64,000 bases of DNA from Chrysomallon squamiferum (lineage: Eukaryota > Animalia > Mollusca), in the NCBI GenBank assembly GCA_012295275.1, contig CM022671.1, positions 6,386,001 through 6,450,000 of the forward strand, written 5' to 3'. The notes under the pieces were generated by a model. It saw nothing but the letters and a program-made list of their open reading frames with translations, searched no databases and was not told where the DNA came from. Shown in pieces: positions 52,570-64,000 of the stretch (position 1 is its first letter; each line of letters begins with the position of its first letter). The position numbers were made by a program, and so were the translations under genes.

Positions 52570-55500
52570 CGTTGTAATAAAAATAACTGCAATAATAATA
52601 TTAATTATAATGTTAACTAACATTTTTGATAAAACTAAATAATCACGGGATGTTAGTAAATTCCTCCCTTACTACAAACACACCACTAATAATCAGTAAT
52701 GAACACATGTCCTCCCCCCTCTCTCTCTCTCTCACACACACACATACACACACAAGTTGTAACATTGCATGTTGGTTGGTTTATGCAATATTACAATGAA
52801 AACAACAAAATCAAATATAATCATTTGTGTGCGTTTTACATTTCTAAATAAAATGATGAAAACGTTCAACAAAAAGTAAACAACCATAACTACTGCTTTC
52901 AGCTGCAAACAACCACATGAGAAAATGTACTTTGAAGCCATTTTGTAGAAGCATAATTACAACAGTACAGCTGAGCGTTATATATCTGTGTTATATAGCA
53001 TGTGTGATAATGATCAAACTGTCATACAATAATGAAGAAATACATATTCTATAAGTCAAAGGTTACACTAAAAAAAAAAAAAAAAAAAAAAAAAAAATGA
53101 ATTATAATTTATCTTTATATTTAAAAAATTTTTCCGTGTTAAACTTTATAAATTTCTGTAAAGCTTTTCTTTAAAAAATTATTTTGCATTTGAGAATGTT
53201 ATGTAACAAAATGAGTTATCTTACCTTGCATCTAACTCTTTAATTAGAAGGTCAAAAGTTGAATAATATTATCTTCTTTTTTTTTTTTTTTAAATGATAG
53301 TCGAGTTTTGTTCAGGATAATCAGCTGTATGTTAATGCCATTATCGAATTTCTTAAGTAAAATGTGATTTCTGTAATTATTATTAAATTTAAAAATTCTA
53401 AAACCTCTGATTTTTTGTATGATTGGCAATTTCAATGTAATTTCTGTAAGTTTACTGGGGGGGGGGAAGAAAAAAACCCACAAAAGTAAAACTGCAACCC
53501 TAGAACCCACAAAAAGCAATAAAACCAAAACAGAAAACCCCAAAATAGCAGAACTAGACGATTAAGGTCATCAAACTGATAATCTTTTTTTAGTTTTATT
53601 TTCCATTTTTATTTTTATTTTTATATATACTCGTTTTAGTACAGAAACTAAAGCTTTAACAAAGGTAGATAACTCCCATTTCCTAGCATTCAACTAGGTT
53701 AACCGACACAACAAAGTTAATAATTTATGTTTACTGTATCTTATACTATATTGTATATTTGTGTATGTCATTTTCGTCACATACTGCCATATATATTAAA
53801 ACATCAGTATATTAAAAATAATAATAATGCACTACATTGTTATTTTTCATAATAATGGTCTCTAACATTCATCAATACTTCTATACAGTCTAAACTGTAC
53901 TTCTCAACAGCTTTTAACCTACTTCACAATATCTGCATGGCTTATATTTTGAATATTACATACAACCAAATATCCATATGTATTGTATACATGACTGTCA
54001 AATAACAAATATGTTATATACATCATAATGTCCATTTGTTCTTCTAGTCACATGTCACAAAATATACAATATTTAGTGTATTGTATAAATGACAAAATCC
54101 CAAACAATACAATATTTAATATATTTTTAAATGATACTAAATTAGCAATATTTAATGTATTGTATAAATGACAATATCCCAAACAGTACAATATTTAGCC
54201 CCAAGGCATAGATGGGGAAATAATCCACAATACAATATTTCAGCAGAAACCCAGTAAAATTAACCTATATAAAAAAATAATAATAAAAATAAAATAAAAT
54301 TCTCTAACACACCAAGGCTTATATATATATAATGTTTGTGTAATGTAAAGAATTTAATATTTGGTGAATTAACTTCATATGTATAAATTGCACACAAATA
54401 CTGTTATTATTTTTTTTTTTTTTTTTTGCCAGAAAAAGTGTTTGCTTTAATTGTTCCTACACACCATTCTTTACTAACAGTAAAGTATGTCAATACTGTA
54501 ACAAGCCAGTAAAATGCGCAGAGCTGATATTTTCTAATCTTTATATTATTCTGTAAGCCCCCCCCAAAATATAAAATATATATATGCCTTCTTTGCAATA
54601 AAATTTTAATGATGATACACATGAATTATCAAAAATTAGTCGATAACCTAATAATACAGATTATAAAATGTATTTTGAATTTTTTGAAATTATTATTTAA
54701 TTCTTGCAGACAGATAATGTGAATATTTTAAAATTTATAATCATATTCTTAGACGAAAAGAAATTTTTGTAGAGTTGGTGGTAGTTCAAGTGAATATAAA
54801 AAAGTATTTATAAATAGATTATGCAAAAAGAAAAACTTTATTGGAAAAATGATAGGCATTGGGAAAATTGAAAATTATATGCAGGTAAAATAAATTTATG
54901 ACAAGAAAGAAAAAGAAAATGATGAAAATAAACAGAATTACATATGTATAGATGACTTTCATTAATAAATATTCACAACAATTATTTTAAATAACTATTA
55001 TGCTGTGTGTACAGAAAATAGATGTTTCTGTAGTGTTTGTAAAAGAAATTTTTATGTAATAAAACATTAGTTATTTTCAATGCATATGTAACACAGATAT
55101 TTTTAATACATTTGAAACAAAACAATGTTTGAGGTAAAGTTTTCGATGCATGTAAAGAAACATAAATTGTTTATACTGTTATATTTTATTATTATTTTTA
55201 TTTTTTATATTTTGGATAAGGAATGTTACAGTCTTTATTTAAAATTTTAAACTGTCCTGCAGTATGGAACACATCTTTCTTGAAACCGTAAATAAATTAA
55301 AAATAAATTAGAAAAAGTCTTATAACAATTTATATATATATATATAAAAGAAAAAATATTTAGAGAAGTGTCATATATTATAAATAAATAAATTAAACAA
55401 ATTAATTTGTATGATATATTATTTAAAAATAAAGTCAACAAATTTAGTCAGTAAACTTTGAAACAATTTTTGGACCCAGTAAAACTGAAGAGAATTGTTA

Positions 55501-56033
55501 ATTATATTTTTGTTTTTGTTTCTGAATTTTTTTTTTTTTTTTTTTTCTTTCATACTAGTATATCAGTAAATTTATTTTAAATACAATCTGTATTTTTTTT
55601 TTAAAAATGATTTTGAAATTCATAATAAATTAAAAAAATGTGAAATTGTGATGAAGTGGAATGGAATTTTAAAACATTAACATGATTAATAAAACAATTT
55701 TAATTTCTTTATTTACTTAAATATATATATAAAAACAATTTCTTATTTATTCCATATTTTAATTTAACTATTTCAAAAAAAAAAAAAAAAAGAAAAATTG
55801 CACAGTAATTAATTTTAATCACTTTAAAAAAAACCAACAACTGATTAAAATTTCTTAAACAAAACAAAAACAAATAAACAAACAACCGTACTCTTTTCAG
55901 ACACAAATATTTCCCCAACCAAAACAAAACAAACAATAAAAAGGTTCTAAAAATAGGTTTGGTTGGATCAGTTCTGGATTTCAAACCCAAATTTCGTAAA
56001 GCTTGGTCAAAAAACAAATCACAACGTCGTGTT

Positions 56034-56280
56034 TTAGTCGGTTTTCCAGATTTTGTTGAACAGATGCATGAAGTTGTCGTAGATCATGAACGTGATGGCA
56101 ACGTCCAGACACACCCGACTCAGTCTGGGTACAGTCCCCTTGTAGAACCTGTGACAACAACAACAACAACAGTTTTAACTCATTTTGACAACCACAACCA
56201 CAACAATGACAATGTAATATTACTAAAACTGTTACAACTATTAATAAAATACTTGATACAACAACAACAACAACAACAAC

Positions 56281-56323
<43 letters not shown>

Positions 56324-56934
56324 TAATTGTAATAAAATTAACAACAATAATAAATAGTAAATAATAATAATAAGAAGAAGAAGAAGAAGATGAAATAATA
56401 AAAAAATAAAAACAAAAAAAAAAAAATTTGTAATCATCACACACACACTGACACATACTCAAACAAACAAACAAAAAAATCAATATAAAAAACAATAATT
56501 ATTTTACTTACTGATGTTGGAATTGGAAAAAAGACAACAAAAAGAGAGAAATGTTTATAAATACTCACGCTTTGGGTCCTTCGTGTTTGAAAATCTGCAC
56601 AGCACAGTGAAAAGTGTTTTTGTATTTTGATGCCTCAAGTCCCTGGAATAAAGTTTAAACATCAAATGAATCCAAAAATAATTATATTAATAATGCACTT
56701 TAATACACATGTATCTATCTATCTATCTATCTGTCTGTCTGTCTATATGTATATGTATATATACATATGTGTATGTATATATGTATGTAATCTATGTATA
56801 TGTATATGTATGTAGGTATGTTTGTGTATATATATATGTATGTATGTATGTATGTATATGTATGTATATGTATGTATATGTATATATCTATGTATGTATG
56901 TATGTGTATATGTATATATGTATGTATGTATGAA

Positions 56935-56965
<31 letters not shown>

Positions 56966-57036
56966 TTATGTATGTATGTATGTATGTATGTATGTATGTA
57001 TGTATGTATGCATGTATGAGTGTGTGTGTGTATATA

Positions 57037-57072
<36 letters not shown>

Positions 57073-59018
57073 TGTATGTATGTATGTATGTATACAGTAT
57101 GTGTAATTTGTGTGGGGAGTGTGGGTGTATGTGTCTGTTACCTATATAACACCTGAATCTACTAAATGTTGTTTGATTACTATAACTGTGAGCGTTGTTT
57201 TTATCATTCTGTAGGTAAGTAAAACACCAACGAGAATCAAACGACATCTCACCTGCATTCTCGTTTTGACAACATCTACAGGTGTGTTTCCAAATACAGA
57301 GGCAGCACCCGCTATAGCACCAAAACAACCCGTAATCAGGGTGGGCACCCGGGCGTTCTTGTCCTCCCCCCGGTACCAGTCCTTCATGGTTTCCATGACG
57401 AAGAAGCGAATCGCCTGGTTGCTTCCTTGTTTGATGATGGTTGGAGTGAGACCCTGATACACTCCTCTCATACCTGAGTGAAAAAATTTATTTTGTTAAA
57501 AAATGTCCTCATTTAATCAAAAATGTATTAAAATTGTTTATAATTTTAAATTGTTTTTAATTATTATTATTTGAATAACAATGTATTAAAATTATTTTCT
57601 TCACTAGAATAATAATCTGTTAAAATTATTGATAAATGTAGAATTTGAAGAATGAAAAAAGTATTTAATAATATATAGAAATTCATTGTTGTTAGGCATT
57701 TAAATTAATTTATCAAATTCTGCTTAATATATATAATTGTGTGTGTGTGTGTGTGTGTATTTACATTTGTTTTGTTTTTTTAAATATTCTGGATAAAAAA
57801 AAAAAAAAAACCCCCAAAACACTGAAGAAGACAATAATGCTGACTGTTATAAATACAACAAGTATTCAGACTGATATGTGTCTAGGACAAAAAAAAAAAA
57901 AAAACGTTCATTACTTCAACTGAAACATCTAGCTGAACCTTTCACCTTCACTTGAACTATGACCTTAACCTCAACCTTGACCAAGATAAATTATTACATC
58001 TCCAACATTCTTTTTTCACCTGAATTTTGGTAAAAGTTACCTTCAAGGTTAATTGTTTTTTTACCTGTTTAAATGTTTTTAATGTACCTTGATCCTTGAC
58101 AATGCACTTAATTCCGTGAGCAAAACCTCGATATTGTGGATGAGCTGATGACTGGTCATGGATGAATTTGACCTTGACTGTCTCCATTGGGGTCACGGCA
58201 AAAATAGCCTCACAAATGCCAGCACCTAAAATAAAATTAAAAAATTAAGAAAAACAGAAACATTTTGAGTTTCAATGTAATACAAAATTTCTTAGTAATA
58301 TTTTTTAGTGTTACAAAGTTTTATTTTTTGAAATAAGTTATTAGAACTTGTGAATACTTTGTAACCACTATAACTGTGTATTACATTGTAAGAACATTTA
58401 AGTTATAACTATGTTATACACAGTATAATCAATTATTTCAAGAAATTCTTTCATACATTGAATTTACAATAAAATCTTAATGAAATAACTAATGAAACAC
58501 AACATGAACTGATTTATATAATTATATAACATAATAATGATATTAACATATTAGTAGCAGAAACAAACAATAGTAATGATAAATTGTATCAAAAGTGAAT
58601 TACAAGAAATAAAAAACACTTTCTTCTTAAAATATTAGTGTGAAATGTAACCAATGGACTGATAAACATCTTTCACAAAGACATTTAAAAACAAATTAAA
58701 TAACATTAATGTGATTATAATAATGATAAATTTTACTGATGATGAAAAATACATAATAAAAAAAAAAAAATTAATAATGTAAATTTAAATTGTGACACCT
58801 CATCGATACCTTTTGACTCAACGTCATTTAAATATTTTTTTTTTAATAATAATAGCAATAACAGTAATAATTAGAAATAGAACAAGCTATGTAAAAGAGA
58901 CATGAGAGTTATGTACAGACGAGAATACAGACCTAAACCACACAACAAGCGCTGCTGTGGTTTTAAAACACCAGTCTCGTCAACTACATTCTTTTTAAAC
59001 TCCTCAAACGCGCCAAAT
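56034..59018 (-). CDS. SLC25A1: Mitochondrial tricarboxylate (citrate) carrier, 3' part; complement(join(56034..56148,56569..56642,57253..57473,58088..58225,58933..59018)); 5' exons not found in the window
   Basis: Phase-consistent GT-AG exons give [53 protein letters not shown]...[28 protein letters not shown]...[79 protein letters not shown]. Carrier signatures PxExxK and PxDxxKxR and the citrate-carrier motif [10 protein letters not shown] are present. Confidence 0.96.
56710..57095. repeat. (TATG)n/(TA)n/(TG)n compound microsatellite in an SLC25A1 intron
   Basis: Directly visible; it is the source of the many spurious MYVC ORFs. Confidence 0.95.
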
Positions 59019-61919
59019 CTGCAAGTAAAGTACACTCAGTCTGTAAGGAATATTTTTACACATTCATCAATATGACTTACCAGTCGTCTCTTCACGCAGG
59101 AAATGTCTGTGCAGACTTTTTGCACTGTGTTGAGACACACTATTGTGAAGTTTTAAAATCTTGTTACGAGAAATCTGTTTGGGGAAAAACATTTATTTCT
59201 GAGCCAACAAACCAAAATCTCGTCTCTCAGATAATTAAATTTTGTTAACTTTTGGCAAAATATTTTAATATAATATGCAGCCAATTTGTTATAATCCATT
59301 TTCGTTTTTTATTCACTGAAAATGTGTGTTGTTTTAAAAAATGCATATTGATGAATTTGGTTCTGTTTTATTCCTGTCAGGTTTTGTCAGATACAGTTTG
59401 TTGTGTGTTTTACTGAGTGCGTAACACAGCAACACACACGATATACTGACACAGTGATATCTGTGTGTACATGTTACATACCTATACTGAGTGCACTGTT
59501 TGTTAGATTCAGCTTTTCATTTATAAACACAGACAGCTCACATTTTCTACCAAAAACATATCAAAGAAAAGTAATAAGTTTTATATACCAAATGGTCACT
59601 AAACAAATAAACAAACAAATAAAAAAAAATGTATATATATATATATATATTAAAAAATAAGAATTGTCTCTTTTGTCTCCCATCATCTGGTTTATTAGAA
59701 AAACAGTCAGCTATTGAAATATCTTTATAATTTTTAAATTACATCTCTGCCTAACTGCAAGTATTTAGACTGTGGTAAAAGCTCATGGTACCAAGGAATT
59801 GTACTGGACCCATTAAAAAACAAGATATGATACAAAACACCACATCTAGAGTAACTCAGTTATTGCTGGCTCATCACACTGGTTAATTACAGTGAAGTCA
59901 TCTGTTACACTGGTCACTGTAAAAAAAAAATGGCTTCCAAATTTAGTGATATCATCTTCCCTGGCATAAGTAGGCACTATAAAGGTAAATAATTTTCAGT
60001 TTCTCTCATACTTCTCTCAAAGAACTAATTTTTTCTGTTTTATGGACTGGATGGAAAGGACTAGGTGATGCTGAAGAGGAAGATGGGGAGTTCAAGGGAA
60101 AGGTGACCACAAAAAATTTATGTGAAAAGGTTACAGGATTTTTTCTAAAGACTCAGTCTGTATTGAGTTATTGCAATGACAAATATTTTTTATAACACAT
60201 TCAGTTAATTTACAATTCATTATAAAACTTGAGTTACTTGTAACAGAAACAATACATATTATATAAACTTATGTATTTATGTACGTGACTGCAAACATAC
60301 ATAAACATATACATACACACAAACACACACACATACATACATCCATATATATGTATGTACATTTGTAAGCATGCATTACTATTTTCATAGTCATTTTGTG
60401 TTTTGTTTTTTTATGTGTACACTTTGTCACATGTGTATATATGAATATATGCATGTATGTATGAGTGTGTGCATGTTTATATATATATACACACACATAC
60501 ATATGTACATATATGTGTATATGATGCTATATGTGTCATGTGTATGTATGTGTGTATATGTATGTCTGTATGTGTGTATGTGTATAAGTATACAAGTTTT
60601 ATCGTGCTGCGGTGTTGTTAAACACACTTTCATGTTTGAAGACAGTTTTCTGACTGTCAGTGAAGATGGAGGAAGCTGTGGAAGAGAGAAATCTCTGAAC
60701 TGACAAAGTCTCCTGGGAAATCAGCCAATGTCAGACACCGTTACAAACTGCTTTATCAGGGTCTTGAACACTTAGTACTTTCCTCAAATGTGTGTGTGTG
60801 TGTGTGTGTGTGTGGTGTATGGGTATTTTAGGGTATTTATATATTTGTGTATGCATGCATGTGTATGTAGTATATGTGTGTGTCTGTGTGCTTGTATATA
60901 TGTGTGTTTGTATGTATGTGTGTATGTTTTTTATGTATGTGTGTTTGTGGTAACTGTCTTGTGGGTTTTGGGGGTTTTTTGGTTTATGTGTTTGTGTGTA
61001 GATGTCTCTGAGTATGGATGTACATGTTGTATCTGTTTGTAATTTATTAATTAATTAATTTATTAAACACAATAACCTCTCAAAGCATTGTTTACTGGAC
61101 AACATCCTCTTTTATCCCAATCTAAAACAGCTCGGATTACTCTAACAGAAAACAAACCAACAAATAATCTTCTCTAATTCACTCCATTCTCTATGAAACA
61201 TTTAATCTTTTAATCCACAGTACTCCACATTCTATAATCCTTAACTGTTTGTTTTCCTGTTAATCTACCATAATCCATGCTTGATGATCCAAGTCTTTCT
61301 GTCCATTAATGATGAAGATTTGATATTTAATACCCCATCTAATCCCTTCTCATTAATCTAAAAGCATTCAGATTATCCCAGTTTTCAATTTTCTGGTTTG
61401 CTATGTCTGGGATGTCAACACAAAAACATCAAATGATAAAACATTTGTTTTAGGTCATCTCACCTGTTTTCTTTGCCTATCAAAATATTTCACTAACAAA
61501 CAAAAACTGTGGTTATATTCAGTTAATTAGTATTTTTAAAAATATATTATAAACAATTTAAACAAACCACTCTAGAAATAAAGCATTACCTTGTTTAAAT
61601 AACATCTGTTATTGCACCAGTTCATTAAAGAGACATTGTAAACAATTTAACAGTGTTTTTAAAGTAATGGTCTGTTTAGTTATTAAAACTGTCATATAAA
61701 ACCACTTTTGTAATGAAACATGAATAAACAGTAAAACTGAATGGTTGTTTAGATTCAGTGGTTTTGTAAGACATGTAGTTTTAAAACTGAAGAAGAAACC
61801 TGCAGAACTGCAGAAAAGCACAAACATCAGCTGACAGCAAGGCATCTTTTATACATATTTTCTGAAAACCACATCACAGCTTTTAATATATCAGTGATGA
61901 GAATGGGGGAAAAAAGTAT

Positions 61920-62440
61920 TCATGAGGATTGAACCTGTTACCCTTGTCATACCACTGACAAGATTTGAACTTGTAACCTTTCTCTCATTAGACCAATGTT
62001 GTAACCACTAACAAGGTTTGAGAAACTGTAACCTTTCATTCATTAGACCAATGTTGTAACCACTAACAAGGTTTGAAACTGTAACCTTTCACTCATTAGA
62101 CCAGTGCTGTAACCACTAACAAGGTTTGAAACTGTAACCTTTCATTCATTAGCCCAGTGTTGTAACCACTAACAAGGTTTGAAACTGTAACCTTTCACTC
62201 ATTAGACCAGTGTTGTAACCACTAACAAGGTTTGAAACTGTAACCTTTCATTCATTAAACCAATGTTGTAACCACTAACAAGGTTTGAAACTGTAACCTT
62301 TCATTCATCAGACCAATGTTGTAACCAGTAACAAGGTTTGAAACTGTAACCTTTCATTCATTAGACCAGTGTTGTAACCACTAACAAGGTTTGAAAATGT
62401 AACCTTTCATTCATTAGACCACTCTACCCACTGGACTGCT
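61920..62440 (-). repeat. 53-bp minisatellite derived from a tRNA-like SINE head
   Basis: About 8 copies with period 53 (62041/62094). The minus-strand unit is TAGTGGTTACAACACTGGTCTAATGAATGAAAGGTTACAGTTTCAAACCTTGT. Confidence 0.85.
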
Positions 62441-64000
62441 GTTACTTCATCACACTAAGTAAACAGCTCTGTCTACATACAAGATTGGTGACTTTACGGC
62501 TATCCACACACACACATAAACATAATGAAGGCAATTTGAGAGAAAATAAATTCAGCAAGCAAGCTTAATGAAGTAGACGTTTTCTATTAGTGATCTGTGG
62601 TTCCACACACCAATCCGTTTTCCACTGATGACAATGTTAGTGACTTCAAACAGATGGAATTAAGAGCTGTAAATGAATGATGAATTACATCAAATAATTT
62701 TTTTTAGGTTTGGGTTTCAGCTGAAGTTAGGATTGAGGTTTCAGCTGATGTTAAGGTTGAAGTGGGCTTACATAAAAGATGGAATTCATCAAAGCTGAGA
62801 TGGAATTTTAAAAGTAAATTGACATAGTCTGTACAAACACAGAGAAAACAGTTTTCAAAATGTTGCACAAAGGTCAAGTTAAACTCAGAAACAGAAAAAT
62901 AATTTCTCAATGTTCTTGTTTTAATTTTTTTTTTTTTTTTATTATAATATTTTGTACATGTTGTATTAACAAACAGAATTTATTGTATTCTCTTTGTCTT
63001 AAGTATTGATTCATTTAAATTTATTACCGTTTAATGTCTGTGTGTGTGTATACATGTTTGTTTGTATGTATGTATGTGTATACAAACAAACACACACACC
63101 CACACACACACAAACACTCATACACACATACACAGAGAATACACATATAGTATTTAACACAAATTTGTATATAACAAAATGTAGAAAATGCAGTTTACTA
63201 GATCAAAGAGGAGACATTTCTAAAATAAAACTGTTTTACAAGGTTATACAACTTGTAAAGTTCAGAACAGTTGCCCTTAGCAACAAACTTATCTACTGAG
63301 AGACGAGTAAGCAGATTGTAAACAAGTCACTGATTGGTTAAACAAACAATGTGATACACTGACCTAGTTTCACCTTCACTAGGTCAATACACATTTAAAA
63401 GGTCAGTTTCCGTTCTCTGATTAAACCTGTTTAGTAAGACCACCACTTATTGTAATATCACGTATTCACTGTTATCTTTAAAACAATCATTTATTACTAG
63501 GTCAGTTGATAAATCATACCATCTGCACATTTGTCTACATCGTTCACTTTTAAAGTGAAAACTGCCTACTAAAACCACCTGTATAATAACAGAATCAGCA
63601 ATATCAACTAGAATAACTGTTTTCTAAGACCACCTGTGTACACAGAACGTATGATTTTGCAGTCAAGAAATAGTACAAATAACAAAACAAATGTTTAATA
63701 GTGATGATGATGATGATGATGATGATAATGATGAAAAACAAATGGATGAAAGAGAATATATCAACAGTGACATGCTGAAGTAATTTGACCTGGATATACT
63801 GTAACAACCTGAGTTTTGGAAACATTACTACTACCTCTTGGTTAAAATGTCTGATTACATTTTCTTTTCTTCTTCTTTTTTTATTATTATTATTAGCAGT
63901 AGTAGTGGTAGTAGCAGCTGTAGTAGTAGTAGTATTAGTAGATTTGTTGTTTATCTTGTAATTATTATTATTATTATTTGTTTACTTTTCATTTTTTTCT

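Noticed and set aside
61985-62420. CRISPR-like array (repeats containing GTTTGAAAC)
   Set aside because: Units are contiguous and near-identical over their full length with no unique spacers; eukaryotic intron; no cas genes.
59019-64000. Upstream coding exons of SLC25A1
   Set aside because: I could not find the expected GLYRGL...GSIPKSAVR exon by eye; it presumably lies beyond the window, though a short exon could have been missed.

Overview
AT-rich, microsatellite-rich eukaryotic DNA with GT-AG introns. SINE remnants I recall from molluscs suggest a gastropod-like invertebrate; this host call is inference. Positions 1 to about 33,000 hold a head-to-tail tandem array of 7 paralogous 5-exon genes, mostly missed by the ORF track because they are spliced. 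Each encodes a 20-aa signal peptide, a hypervariable Trp/Arg-rich cationic peptide, a (G)KR amidation/convertase site and a conserved acidic 57-aa propiece with two EF-hand loops. Five copies are intact and two are disrupted. This looks like a diversifying family of secreted defence peptides (AMP- or toxin-like) fused to a calmodulin-lobe-like module. The array also carries hAT, Tigger, SINE and OTU-like remnants and several scrambled segments that may be assembly noise. Further right are an intronless membrane-anchored copine/RGLG-type vWA gene (42762-43784, +), several minisatellites (one derived from a tRNA-like sequence) and the last five coding exons of the mitochondrial citrate carrier SLC25A1 (56034-59018, -).
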